Origin: Spirochaetota bacterium
GTDB lineage: Bacteria > Spirochaetota > UBA4802 > UBA5550
Assembly: GCA_022709405.1 (NCBI GenBank)
Contig: JAKLIV010000001.1
Coordinates: forward strand, 49,952 to 113,951
DNA: 64,000 nucleotides
Direction of reading: 5' to 3'
This document shows, piece after piece, positions 10,109-20,311 of the stretch (positions within the stretch are counted from its first letter, which is position 1; every line of letters begins with the position of its first letter). The position numbers were made by a program, and so were the translations under genes. A model generated the notes under the pieces. It made no database searches, was not told the DNA's origin, and worked only from the letters and a program-made list of their open reading frames with translations.

Positions 10109-10527
10109 ACTATTGGCTCGTAAAATTTGCACCTTTCCGGTATAGTTGGAATGATGTTCTGAAAAACGGAAAATTTGAAATTTATTCAGTCCGCAGTCCG
10201 CAGGCACGGAACAATCTGAAAGCTATGAAACTAAATGATTTGGTACTGTTCTACCATAGCCAGCAGGAAAATTGTGTAATGGGTATTATGAAAGTAATTA
10301 AGGAAGCGCACCAGGACCCGACTACTGATGATACTCGGTGGGTTTCAGTAACTTTTGAACCTGTTGAAACCTTGAAAAAGCCGCTCTTTTTGAAAGAAAT
10401 ACGATTAGTCTCGGAACTAACCGGTCTACCATTATTAAAACAGCCACGTCTTGCTGTTATGAAGCTTACTGAGAGTGAATTCAATATAATTACACGCTGG
10501 TGGGAGTATCGACGAGAAAAATATTAA
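10105..10527 (+). CDS. EVE (PUA-like) domain protein, predicted modified-base reader
   Basis: 'MNYWLVKFAP...YSWNDV...LVLFYHSQQENCVMGIMKV' matches the canonical EVE N-terminus and core. The ATG overlaps the methylase TGA (ATGA), implying translational coupling. Confidence 0.8.
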   Translation: MNYWLVKFAPFRYSWNDVLKNGKFEIYSVRSPQARNNLKAMKLNDLVLFYHSQQENCVMGIMKVIKEAHQDPTTDDTRWVSVTFEPVETLKKPLFLKEIRLVSELTGLPLLKQPRLAVMKLTESEFNIITRWWEYRREKY

Positions 10528-10789
10528 ATATATTCTCCGCACGTCCTGTTCTTCGGCAGTTCAAGTAGGGGAGAGCAAAGAGGTCGCTTTCGGATAATCT
10601 TATTGTAAGAGTTGACGCTATATTTATAAAACGGCGTTTATACTAAATTCCTTTTACTCGATTGGTATCCTGCACATTTTTACCATCGATAGGCTATTAG
10701 GAAGGAGTGCTTAAGATTATTGCGAAGCTGGTGTAGGTGCTAGGTATTTCAGACTCAAAATCAAGCATTAATGAGGGTGAAATAATAGA

Positions 10790-11773
10790 ATGAATCTATT
10801 CTTGATTGGTTCGGGCTTTACTAAATCTGTTTTCCCTCAAGCGCCTTTAAATAATGACCTTATTAGTGTTCTATTGAGAGAAAATCCAGGTGGCGCATCT
10901 AGAATACTTACTGAAAAATATAATACCGGAGATATTGAAGTTGCCCTTACAAAACTGGAACTTGATATTTCAGTCACCAGTGATGAATCAGAAAGAGGTA
11001 AGTTAACCGAATTGAGAGCAAATATAATATTGGAACTGGTAAAACATTTTCATGCATACAGGGCGAGTGAAGAGCTGATAGGAGGTTTACCTTGGTTAAG
11101 GGACTTCTTCGGCACCGTTGTAAATATTGGCGATACGGTTATCAGCTTAAACTACGATGCGTTATTTGAAGGACTACTGGATTGTATGGGTAAATGGACT
11201 CCGAATGGAGGTTATGGAAACCACTTTGTATATCCATTTGAAGATGAGGAATCTTGTGCCCAAAGCCCGGTTACGGTATTAAAAATCCATGGTTCAATCA
11301 CCTTTAAATCGGCGCCTTATTTTGATAAACCACAGTGCAAATCTGTAAATTTTATTTTTAATGAACACTATTTTCCCAAAACAGCGAAAGACAAACATTT
11401 TGGTTATGGTCTGGATAATGGTGAAATATACTTGATAGCCCCGAGTTATGTAAAAGTTCCTTCCGTAAAAATAACATACTCAATGATCGATGGAATGCAA
11501 GCATCTTCGGATGCAACAAACCTGATGGTTATTGGATGTGGGCTTCGACCTGAGGATACCTTTCTAACTTTGTTATTAACCAATTTTCTTAAACACCCAG
11601 ACTGGAAAGAGCGAAGGATTATTATCGTAGATCCTAAAGCTAATGAGATAGCAGGCAAGATACGCCACTATTGGGGGGTCGATGTTGATCGATGTATTGT
11701 GCCAATTCAAGGAATATTGGAAAAGAAGATCGGAGAATTGCGTCAATATACTCGTGCATCTTTGACTGCCTAG
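10790..11773 (+). CDS. SIR2-like (SIR2_2 family) protein, candidate NAD+-consuming effector
   Basis: 'FLIGSGFTKS' N-terminal glycine loop, 'ISLNYDALFE' (TTNYD-like), 'LKIHGSI' (KLHGS-like), and 'VIGCGLRPED' (GYSxxD-like). Confidence 0.7.
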   Translation: MNLFLIGSGFTKSVFPQAPLNNDLISVLLRENPGGASRILTEKYNTGDIEVALTKLELDISVTSDESERGKLTELRANIILELVKHFHAYRASEELIGGLPWLRDFFGTVVNIGDTVISLNYDALFEGLLDCMGKWTPNGGYGNHFVYPFEDEESCAQSPVTVLKIHGSITFKSAPYFDKPQCKSVNFIFNEHYFPKTAKDKHFGYGLDNGEIYLIAPSYVKVPSVKITYSMIDGMQASSDATNLMVIGCGLRPEDTFLTLLLTNFLKHPDWKERRIIIVDPKANEIAGKIRHYWGVDVDRCIVPIQGILEKKIGELRQYTRASLTA

Positions 11774-11804
11774 TGTGTGTCTTTTTAGTGTATTGGAGGT
11801 AATT

Positions 11805-12815
11805 ATGTTTCTCTCATCAAAAGATAAGATAAGAGAAAAGGAATTTTCTATTATCTTTGAACCTGAACACAGAAGTAAGGTATGGAAGATCATTGAAGAA
11901 AAATTCCATGAATATTTCAATATGATCATTAAAGACGCTTGTCAATCACCCGTCTCGGAGATAGACAGATTGAAGAAAAAATTCTCAAATGTTAGTCCTT
12001 CTGTCAACATCGGTCAATATCTTGATGTTGAAATGTCTTCGGAAATTGAGAATTTTGAGAAGACCCAAAAAACCTACAAGAATTTATTTTCCAAAGCTAA
12101 TATCGAAGAATATGCATCGGATACAAAGCTTTTTAGATCGGATCTGAAGAATGAATGCCCCGTTATACGTGGCCTCTGGAACAGCAAAGATGAGGAATTG
12201 AAGAAGTGGAAGGAAGCGTATAAGTATTCCAATGATGACGAACTCTATGAAGTAATGGCAAATATTGTGAATTTCTCACATGCCTATGCCAAGTCTATGA
12301 AGAAAAAACAGTATGGGGAAAATGACGATTATGCGAAATTAAATTTCGACTGTTTAGATGGTATTAAGGACGATACTGAACCGGACTATGGTCTTGTCGG
12401 TGTTGTTGGTTACGGTATCATGTCTATTATAATGTATCACTTTTACCCGCAGTATTTCCCCTTACACCTGAGCGGTGGGATATATGCTCTATATTTCCTT
12501 TCTGATAAATATGAAATTGGAATGCCGAGCAAGTCATCGGAATTTCTCATGATTGACGACAGTCATTGGGATGGAGATATGCATTTCAAGATGAAACACA
12601 ACTATTTTTATCCCTATAGGCTCTACACATGGTATGCCCTGCGATTGTATCGCCTGCTAAAAACCGAGTGCGCAAAACATAATTTTACTCTCGATGATGC
12701 TTACCGTTATGTGTATCTCAATTCGTTTTGTTGGGATGTATGCAGGAGACATACTGAAGAAATAAGGACCATGGTGGGTGCTGATGAAGACCCGAACAAG
12801 CGCTTCTGGTATTGA
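11805..12815 (+). CDS. hypothetical protein (orphan, ~336 aa)
   Basis: ORF track starts at a GTG at 11775. The ATG at 11805 is preceded by GGAGG plus a 6-nt spacer. No recognised motif. The 3' end overlaps the next gene. Confidence 0.55.
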   Translation: MFLSSKDKIREKEFSIIFEPEHRSKVWKIIEEKFHEYFNMIIKDACQSPVSEIDRLKKKFSNVSPSVNIGQYLDVEMSSEIENFEKTQKTYKNLFSKANIEEYASDTKLFRSDLKNECPVIRGLWNSKDEELKKWKEAYKYSNDDELYEVMANIVNFSHAYAKSMKKKQYGENDDYAKLNFDCLDGIKDDTEPDYGLVGVVGYGIMSIIMYHFYPQYFPLHLSGGIYALYFLSDKYEIGMPSKSSEFLMIDDSHWDGDMHFKMKHNYFYPYRLYTWYALRLYRLLKTECAKHNFTLDDAYRYVYLNSFCWDVCRRHTEEIRTMVGADEDPNKRFWY

Positions 12816-14427
12816 TGATATACTGAAAAGGTATTTTAGCGACATTGCCGGTTGCGGATTGCGTGATCTACAGGAAGCAGCGATACGACGCCTTCTCGAA
12901 GGTGGAAATACCCTCTGCCTCATGCCCACGGGCGGGGGTAAATCGCTCATTTACCAGGTCGCCGGTCTCTGCATTGGTAAAACGACACTGGTAATATCGC
13001 CGCTTATAGCTCTCATGTCCCAGCAGAATGAGCGCCTTATCGATCGAGGCGTCAAAACCTTGTATTTTCCCGGAGGAATAGGTGGAAAAGAGCTCTATGC
13101 CATGCTAAAGAAGCATGGAGAGGGCGATCCACCTGATTTCATTTTCATATCACCGGAGCGGCTCGAATTCGAGGGTTATTTTGAATTTATACTTAATAGA
13201 ATGCGGAATAGAATTGGCCTGGTTGTCGTTGACGAGGCCCATTGTATATCCCAATGGGGGCATACCTTCCGTCCTTCTTATAAGATGATTCCTCGTTTCC
13301 TTGATGATGTGTTTACCCAAGAGTCATGGCCTACAGTCCTGTGTCTTACAGCGACATTGAACAAGAAAGACCAGGGTGAGATTTCTGCTGACTTTCACAT
13401 CCCCGCAGATGGGATAATGAAAAGCCCTTTTCTCCTTCGCGACAACATTGCAATAACCGTGGCGAGAGATTTCAAGAATGAAGAGGACAAGAAATCCTAT
13501 CTTGAAACCTTGCTTTCCAAGCACAAAGCTGATAAAACAATAGTCTATGTTCATCGTAAAAAGGGTCAGTACGGAACGGAGTCCATGGCTGAGGAATTTT
13601 ACAATAAAGGTTTCAAATGTCTCTATTTCGATGCGGATCTATCAGAAAACCAGAAGGTGGAGGCGCTTGAGCGCTTTGAAAGGGGCGATGTTAAAGTTAT
13701 GTTCGCCACCGGTGCGTTCGGCATGGGTATCGATATCGATGATATCCGGGTTGTCATCCATTATCTTCTGCCGGAATCGATAGAACAATTTTACCAGGAA
13801 ATAGGCCGGTCCGGAAGAGACGGCAAGCCTTCATATTCATATCTCCTTTTCACTGAAACGAATATCAAGGTAAGGCGTGACTTGATACGAACAAGCATGC
13901 CAACGACTCAAGAATTGGCTGAAACTTTTACGAAGAGATTTATTCACGCCAGAGAAAGTAAAATCGATACCATCAACGCTTGGGAAGACCTGGCGGATAA
14001 TGAAAAGATATCCTTTCTGTATTTTCGGAAGTATGGTTTAATTGATGTTGTCGCGAAAGGGATACGCTCGATTAAAGGTTTCAAACCAGTCAAGCCTCTA
14101 AAAGAATTTGATGCATTCATGAAAACTTCAAAAATTGGTTCTGTCCTTAATATAGCTTCAAGAACACGAATTGATGTAAAAGGAATTATAAATAAGATAT
14201 ATGAATTGTTTACAATGGGTGATCTAAAACTTGAGAAGGCACCCAGCAAGTGTGTATTTTTAATAAAAAACAAAGAGTTATCCGATGAAATTCAACAAGA
14301 AATAATACGTGATATTGATGAGAAAGTTGCCTATCGTTTACAAGGGTTTGAGAAATTGGTTGTAATGGTGTTGGGGGGAGAGGATCCAACAGATGCGATA
14401 TGCACTCATCTCGGAATTGAAAAGTAA
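12784..14427 (+). CDS. RecQ-family SF2 DNA helicase (short form; no obvious HRDC)
   Basis: '[13 protein letters not shown]' (motif I), '[19 protein letters not shown]' (DEAH plus RecQ signature), 'LTAT' (motif III), '[20 protein letters not shown]', '[11 protein letters not shown]' (motif VI). The ATG at 12784 overlaps the upstream gene by 32 nt. Confidence 0.85.
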   Translation: MKTRTSASGIDDILKRYFSDIAGCGLRDLQEAAIRRLLEGGNTLCLMPTGGGKSLIYQVAGLCIGKTTLVISPLIALMSQQNERLIDRGVKTLYFPGGIGGKELYAMLKKHGEGDPPDFIFISPERLEFEGYFEFILNRMRNRIGLVVVDEAHCISQWGHTFRPSYKMIPRFLDDVFTQESWPTVLCLTATLNKKDQGEISADFHIPADGIMKSPFLLRDNIAITVARDFKNEEDKKSYLETLLSKHKADKTIVYVHRKKGQYGTESMAEEFYNKGFKCLYFDADLSENQKVEALERFERGDVKVMFATGAFGMGIDIDDIRVVIHYLLPESIEQFYQEIGRSGRDGKPSYSYLLFTETNIKVRRDLIRTSMPTTQELAETFTKRFIHARESKIDTINAWEDLADNEKISFLYFRKYGLIDVVAKGIRSIKGFKPVKPLKEFDAFMKTSKIGSVLNIASRTRIDVKGIINKIYELFTMGDLKLEKAPSKCVFLIKNKELSDEIQQEIIRDIDEKVAYRLQGFEKLVVMVLGGEDPTDAICTHLGIEK

Positions 14428-14508
14428 TAGATTGTGGATATTTTCATGAGACATGAAATATATAAAATCTTTATTAAAAAATTGAATATTTATTTTTAAG
14501 GAGCTCAT

Positions 14509-17500
14509 ATGACATTACCAGTAAAACACCTATCCGCTCGTGTTCCCTGGCATGACAATAGATGGAACGGGACTTACTGTTGTAATGTTCTGGATAACTC
14601 ATTTTGCCGAATTCTACCCAGAATCGATGATGGTAAAAATCCGGAAAAGGAGCCAGACGGCGAAAATATTACTGAAGATAATTTTCCACCCTGTATCGCA
14701 GAAAAGGGAACTTTCCTTTCTCCTTGTGAATACACCCGGCCTCTGGAACATGCCTGGAAAGATATCAACCCGCTTTATAAAGAATATTTACCTGGTAAGT
14801 ATCTTCATAAACCTTATTCTTTTAATGCAGTCCCTTTTTTGTGGATGATGAAAGCCAATTCAAAAGAGGGTCATACATCAGATAAAGCGGAAATCTACGG
14901 ATTGGATTACCAGGCGGAATTAGAAGAGGAAATTGACAAGAAACTTGGTTTTGAAGGCAATACCTGGGTTCAGCATCCGCAAAATCAAAGAGTTTTATTG
15001 GATTCATTTTTTGGATGTCTGAAGGAGTATGAATCATTGATTTTCTTTTACGCAAAGCACACTCCACTTTCAGAACCAAATGAACGCATTATTATTGGAG
15101 TTGCAAAAGTCCGTAAAATTGGTGATATTCAGTATTATGATTTCCCCAAAGGTTATCAAGGTTACAAAAGCTATCCATGGGACCGATGTGTTGAACATAC
15201 ACTAACTAAAAATAATCAGGATGGATTTCTTCTACCTTATCATGAACTGATTGAAAAATCCAAAACAGCTGAATTTGATCTGCGAGAATATGCCGTTATT
15301 GCACCGGATTTTGTGCAGTATTCCTATGCTTCCGAATTGGTGGAGCATGATACCGCTATTGATTCACTCTGGCGAATGGCGGAGTCTCTTCGGAAGTCTG
15401 AAACGACTCTGGGGACTTCATACAAAAAAGAGTTGGAATGGATAGATAACGAAATAAGCCGTATTTGGGATATGCGCGGTGCTTTCCCCGGTATGGGCCC
15501 AGTACTTAGCGCAATAAAAATCACAGAAGGGAATACCATCGCTTGGGAAATTGAAAAACATATCAGAATTAAAGATGAAGACCTTCTTAAGACCAACCCT
15601 TGGGAAGTGCTACAAGAAAGCATTTCTAAACCGGAAAAAATGTTTGGTGAAAGGGGAAAGAAACTTTTTAATGCAACTATGGTTCGTATTTGGAAAAGCG
15701 TACCCAATGATAAGAAAATGTTTTATCAATTGCTCAGCAGAATACAACTCAGTAATGAACAAGCAGAAATAATCATTGATGAGCATGCAGATTTAATCGG
15801 ATTGATGGATGACATTATAAAAAATCCCTATCTTATTTATGAGAAGTTGCGCATTTTATATAAGGGTTTAATCACTTTTAATCAAATTGACAAAGCCGTT
15901 TTTCCACCGTTAAAAATTCGTGAGGCTTTCCCACTTGATCCGGCAAGCAAGATGTCAGACTTTCTTGATGAGCGTAGAGTTAGAGCCTTCGCGGTTATGG
16001 TTCTTGAAGAGGCGGCAGATGATGGGCATTCCATTTTACCGTTTCAAGATGTTTTGAACAGGATAAGCCTGAAAGAATCAGCAGAGGATTTCCCTATCAA
16101 TGAAGATATCCTTCAATCGCAAGCAGAAGAAGCATTTTTTCAAGTGGAGATTGAACTGTTAAAACATCAATCATTGACCTTTCTGAAGTTGCAACGATTG
16201 TTAGAGATCAAACGGTTAATTACTCAGCGTATCAATAAACAATTAAATCAAAAAAAGACATACAATATAAATTATAATTGGGATGAGATTGTCACGAATT
16301 ATTTCAAGAAACATCAAAAGGGGACTGCACCGGTAGCTATAGACGAATTTGAAATTCTTGCCAGAAAAGAAAAGGCGGAATCATTAAAAATTCTCTGCAA
16401 TTACAGGGTGTCCGTACTGATAGGGCCTGCTGGCTCAGGCAAAACAACCTTGCTTGAAATGTTTGAAGAGATCCCAGAAATTATTAAAGGCGGTTTGATT
16501 AAACTTGCTCCTACCGGTAAAGCAAGGGTAAAAATGGGGCACAATGCAAAGACCGTTGCGCAATATCTCTATCCAACCAATAGATATGACGGTTATTATG
16601 GGGTATATCTTACTAACGAAGATGGCGCAAAAGATTCTTCTGCACGAAACATAATTATTGATGAATCCTCTATGCTAACAGAAGAACAGCTGGGAGCGAT
16701 TTTGGATGCACTTGGACCTATGGACAGGATAATTCTGGTGGGAGATTACAGGCAGTTGCCTCCAATAGGAACAGGACGTCCTTTTGTAGACATTGTAAAT
16801 CTCCTTAAACCTGAAGTTTTTGAAAATCCACAAATAAGAATCGGGCATGGTTATGCTGAACTGAGACAGATTCGCCGTCAGAAAAAAGAAATAGGTATTG
16901 AACGAAAGGATATTGTCTTGAGCAGATGTTTTGGCGATGAACCGCAGAAAGAAGAGATTGAATTATTTCAGGAAATTGCCGGAAGCCTGGAAAAGAATAA
17001 TCATATTCGGCTTGAAAAATGGTATGACAGCAAAGATTTCAGGAAGAAATTTGAAAATATAATTCAGGAAGAACTTAACCTAGACCCGGCGGATGTTATT
17101 AAAACTTTTAATAGGACATTGGGTGCGAAAGACATTGGAGATTATCAGTATTTTAACTATGACTATTCCGAAAATGAAATTGAAAACTGGCAGATAATAT
17201 CTCCAGTAAATGGCTATGGTTACGGTGTAAAAGAAATTAATAAATTCATTCAGAGTACATATAGAAAATCTTTTATTGACCTTGCACATAATATCACACA
17301 CCAGAAAAGGAGAATTGCCAAGCCTAAAGGTGCTGACAATATGGTCTATGGCGATAAGGTTATAAGTTTAAAAAATAATACATGGCGTGATCATCAGTGG
17401 ATAAGACCTCAATCAAAAAAATCCGAAGCCCTAAACTATTTTGCCAATGGTGAAATTGGGGTCATAACCGGCGAGTTCAGAGGGCAAAAATCAAATGGAA

Positions 17501-18270
17501 AAGGTGAACCAAAAATAGAAATTACTTTTTCAACACAACCAGGATACAGTTATTCTTTCTGGCCAAATGAACTCGGAGAAGATGGTAAATATCCCTTTGA
17601 ACTCGCTTATGCCATAACAGTTCATAAATCACAGGGTAGTGGTTTTAATAAGGTTTTCTTTGTACTCCCTTCTCAGGGAGCCATTCTTTCTAGAGAACTA
17701 TTATATACTGCATTGACAAGGCAGGAGGAGAAGATCATTATTCTACACCAAGGTGATTTTAGAGATTTTATAAGATTTGCAGGCACTGAAGCGTCGGCTA
17801 CTGCTAAGCGGTTTACCGATTTATTCTTCCTACCGGAAATTAAGCAGATTGAGAAAAAATGTTATGATGCTCGTTATATCAATGTATCGGAACGGGGAGA
17901 GCGGATGATCTCAAAAAGTGAGGTGATTATTGCAAATTGTCTGAATAAATATAAAAACGAGATCAGGTATGCATATGAAAACAAGTTAACGCTGGAATCG
18001 ACAGGTAGGACTATCAAGCCTGACTTTACGATAGAGCATCTTGGAACTGGAAAAGTATTTTACTGGGAACATCTGGGTATGATGACCCGCGAGGACTACC
18101 GAGAAAAATGGGAAAAGAAAAAACAAGGCTACCTGGATGATGGTTTTGTTTTTTTTACCGAACAAAAGGATGATGCGGACAAGGTGTTGATTATTACCGA
18201 GGAAAATCCTAATGGCGGAATTGACTCGCAGCACTTTGATGAAATTATTTGTAAATATATTTTAACATAG
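14509..18270 (+). CDS. 1253-aa protein: uncharacterised ~600-aa N-terminal region + RecD-like SF1 helicase + C-terminal PD-(D/E)XK-like nuclease
   Basis: 'LIGPAGSGKTTLL' (Walker A), 'IIIDESSML' (Walker B), 'ILVGDYRQLPPIG', 'AITVHKSQGS', 'LYTALTRQEEKIIIL'. C-terminus 'KPDFTIEH...VFYWEHLGMM' is nuclease-like. RBS AAGGAG lies before the ATG. Confidence 0.8.
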   Translation: MTLPVKHLSARVPWHDNRWNGTYCCNVLDNSFCRILPRIDDGKNPEKEPDGENITEDNFPPCIAEKGTFLSPCEYTRPLEHAWKDINPLYKEYLPGKYLHKPYSFNAVPFLWMMKANSKEGHTSDKAEIYGLDYQAELEEEIDKKLGFEGNTWVQHPQNQRVLLDSFFGCLKEYESLIFFYAKHTPLSEPNERIIIGVAKVRKIGDIQYYDFPKGYQGYKSYPWDRCVEHTLTKNNQDGFLLPYHELIEKSKTAEFDLREYAVIAPDFVQYSYASELVEHDTAIDSLWRMAESLRKSETTLGTSYKKELEWIDNEISRIWDMRGAFPGMGPVLSAIKITEGNTIAWEIEKHIRIKDEDLLKTNPWEVLQESISKPEKMFGERGKKLFNATMVRIWKSVPNDKKMFYQLLSRIQLSNEQAEIIIDEHADLIGLMDDIIKNPYLIYEKLRILYKGLITFNQIDKAVFPPLKIREAFPLDPASKMSDFLDERRVRAFAVMVLEEAADDGHSILPFQDVLNRISLKESAEDFPINEDILQSQAEEAFFQVEIELLKHQSLTFLKLQRLLEIKRLITQRINKQLNQKKTYNINYNWDEIVTNYFKKHQKGTAPVAIDEFEILARKEKAESLKILCNYRVSVLIGPAGSGKTTLLEMFEEIPEIIKGGLIKLAPTGKARVKMGHNAKTVAQYLYPTNRYDGYYGVYLTNEDGAKDSSARNIIIDESSMLTEEQLGAILDALGPMDRIILVGDYRQLPPIGTGRPFVDIVNLLKPEVFENPQIRIGHGYAELRQIRRQKKEIGIERKDIVLSRCFGDEPQKEEIELFQEIAGSLEKNNHIRLEKWYDSKDFRKKFENIIQEELNLDPADVIKTFNRTLGAKDIGDYQYFNYDYSENEIENWQIISPVNGYGYGVKEINKFIQSTYRKSFIDLAHNITHQKRRIAKPKGADNMVYGDKVISLKNNTWRDHQWIRPQSKKSEALNYFANGEIGVITGEFRGQKSNGKGEPKIEITFSTQPGYSYSFWPNELGEDGKYPFELAYAITVHKSQGSGFNKVFFVLPSQGAILSRELLYTALTRQEEKIIILHQGDFRDFIRFAGTEASATAKRFTDLFFLPEIKQIEKKCYDARYINVSERGERMISKSEVIIANCLNKYKNEIRYAYENKLTLESTGRTIKPDFTIEHLGTGKVFYWEHLGMMTREDYREKWEKKKQGYLDDGFVFFTEQKDDADKVLIITEENPNGGIDSQHFDEIICKYILT

Positions 18271-18394
18271 CATAAAACAGATATTCATATTTCCTGTGCT
18301 AGGCGGTAAATATAAGGTTGGCAATGGGTTGGCCAGTTTGTTCGGAGTGCAGGAATTAAAGTAAATCCGGCCAGTGAGGAGAGTTAATACCCCC

Positions 18395-20311
18395 ATGTCC
18401 CACCTCTATCCCCCATCCCTCGACCATCTCGACTCCCGCTTCGACGCGGAAAAGGAAGTCTTTGACCTCATGAAGGCCCTCGACGACTCGTACCACGTGT
18501 TCCACTCCGCTACCTGGAAGGATAACCGCGACGGCGAGTGTGACCTCATCATCTTCCACGAGCTCAAGGGCTTTATCGCGCTCGAGGTCAAGGGCGGGGG
18601 GATAAAGCATGACGGACAGCAGTGGACATCGTCCGGCAATAAAGGCGTATTTATCATCCATAACCCGATAAAGCAGGCACGGGACGCCATGTACGCGATC
18701 AAGCGCACTTGGGAAGAAAAATACAAAACGCCACTGCCGGGAACGTTCTCCTGGGCAGTATGCTTCCCCGACTGTGTGTGGGACAATTCCAGCCGAACAC
18801 TTGACCTTGATGAAAAGGACGTGCTCGATGCGAAAAAGATGGGTTCTGCCACTGCATGGATCGATGCGCGGTTCGCCGAAATGCACAATCGTCATGGAGC
18901 GAAAATCCTCTCCACCAACGAGTCAAAACAGTTCATCCAGCTTTTCAGCAAGACAATGTCGCTGACCCTGTCGCTCAACAGGGCCATCGTGCGCCAGGAG
19001 GAGGAGCTTCGAATCACTGACCGAATGCAGGACTACCTGCTCGACATCTTTGACGACAAGCACCGCATCGGGTTCCAGGGAGCGGCCGGCACGGGCAAGA
19101 CCTGGATCGCGATGAAGAAGGCGCGACGGCTTTCTGCCGAAGGCAAATCGATACTTTTCCTGAGTTACAATAGGCAGGTGAATGACTTCGTCGCCGGCAA
19201 GCTTAATGATACTAAACCGGTGACTGTGAAAACATTCCATGCGTTCGCCCAGGGAATCATCCGTGAATACCTCAAGGGGCACCTGGTTGACCAGGCATGC
19301 GTGAACTGCTTTTTTTCCTGTCTTGACGATATTAGCCGGCAGTTGAAACAGATCAAGGCGGGCGGGGATAATGATCCAGGTGAACCCAGGGGCAAAGAGC
19401 TGACGATTGACAATAAACTCAACAATGCCCTTCATTTTTTAAGCACCATCCCGGCAGGGACGCAATGCTCATCCATTCTTGAAGAGCACGGGCCCGGCAT
19501 GCCTGCCGCGGTGCGAATGGTAATGAAACATTTGCTCCCCGAAATCAAGGTGTCTGGAGGATACTACGAGGAGCGCATGCCGATGGCACTGATGTCAATC
19601 TTCATTGAAGAGCCGTCGTTCTGCGAGCGTAACCATTTCGACGCGCTCATAATAGACGAAGCCCAGGATTTTCATAAGGACTGGTGCGACTGCCTGCAGT
19701 CCCTGTTCCTCAAATACGAAGACCGCACCTGCTACATTTTTTACGATGACAACCAGACCATCTTTACGAACGATAAGGAACTTCCGGTTGTGGGCCTTAT
19801 CGGTTCTGCCGGTCTCGAGGACCACATATTTCGTCTAAAAGACAATCTCAGGAACACAGCCGCGATCCATGATTACGCGGTCAGCACAACCGGCAAGGGA
19901 GGCACGTCCCGTCCGTTTGAGATACCGGGCATAACGCCGATAGAGAAGACCGTGAAAAGCGATTCTGCGGCCCGTTCCGCTGTCGGCAATATTCTGGATG
20001 AGCTCATTGTGACGCACGGCATATCTCGAGACCGCATCGTGGTGCTGTCGAACCGAAGCATGGACAATTCGGTGTTTTCCGGCACACCCGCAGCAGGGGA
20101 GTATACCATGACCGAAAGCGCCGGTTTGCGTGGCAAGGGAGTGCGGTTCCGCACCATCCAGAAGTTCAAGGGCCTCGAGTCTGATGTGGTCATACTGATC
20201 GTCCACCGTCGCGCGCAGGACAGCGACGCGCGCTACCTGGCCGATGAGCTCTTATACGTGGGCTGCACCAGGGCGAAGCATGTATTGTACGTGGTGAATG
20301 TGGAGGGGTAG
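18395..20311 (+). CDS. NERD-domain nuclease fused to UvrD/Rep-like SF1 helicase
   Basis: NERD-like 'CDLIIFHELKGFIALEVKGG'. Helicase motifs 'FQGAAGTGKTW', 'LIIDEAQDF', 'KFKGLESDVVIL', 'LYVGCTRAKHVLYV'. ORF track starts at a GTG at 18374; the ATG at 18395 follows GAGGAGAG. Much GC-richer than both neighbours. Confidence 0.8.
   Translation: MSHLYPPSLDHLDSRFDAEKEVFDLMKALDDSYHVFHSATWKDNRDGECDLIIFHELKGFIALEVKGGGIKHDGQQWTSSGNKGVFIIHNPIKQARDAMYAIKRTWEEKYKTPLPGTFSWAVCFPDCVWDNSSRTLDLDEKDVLDAKKMGSATAWIDARFAEMHNRHGAKILSTNESKQFIQLFSKTMSLTLSLNRAIVRQEEELRITDRMQDYLLDIFDDKHRIGFQGAAGTGKTWIAMKKARRLSAEGKSILFLSYNRQVNDFVAGKLNDTKPVTVKTFHAFAQGIIREYLKGHLVDQACVNCFFSCLDDISRQLKQIKAGGDNDPGEPRGKELTIDNKLNNALHFLSTIPAGTQCSSILEEHGPGMPAAVRMVMKHLLPEIKVSGGYYEERMPMALMSIFIEEPSFCERNHFDALIIDEAQDFHKDWCDCLQSLFLKYEDRTCYIFYDDNQTIFTNDKELPVVGLIGSAGLEDHIFRLKDNLRNTAAIHDYAVSTTGKGGTSRPFEIPGITPIEKTVKSDSAARSAVGNILDELIVTHGISRDRIVVLSNRSMDNSVFSGTPAAGEYTMTESAGLRGKGVRFRTIQKFKGLESDVVILIVHRRAQDSDARYLADELLYVGCTRAKHVLYVVNVEG

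Noticed and set aside
3193-10484. Numerous 60-150-aa ORFs inside or antisense to the PLD-SNF2, methylase and EVE genes
   Set aside because: They are embedded in long ORFs with strong motif support and have low-complexity translations.
10790-11773. Thoeris, SIR2-HerA or pAgo-associated SIR2
   Set aside because: No TIR-domain partner, HerA-like ATPase or Argonaute is encoded nearby.
2978-18270. Complete DISARM or BREX system
   Set aside because: SNF2, N6A methylase and PLD elements are present. However, no DrmA/DrmB (DUF1998) pair and no PglZ, BrxC or BrxL-type genes were recognised, so neither named system is supported.
18356-19435. Several 160-180-aa - strand ORFs
   Set aside because: Antisense to the NERD-UvrD gene, which has clear helicase motifs.
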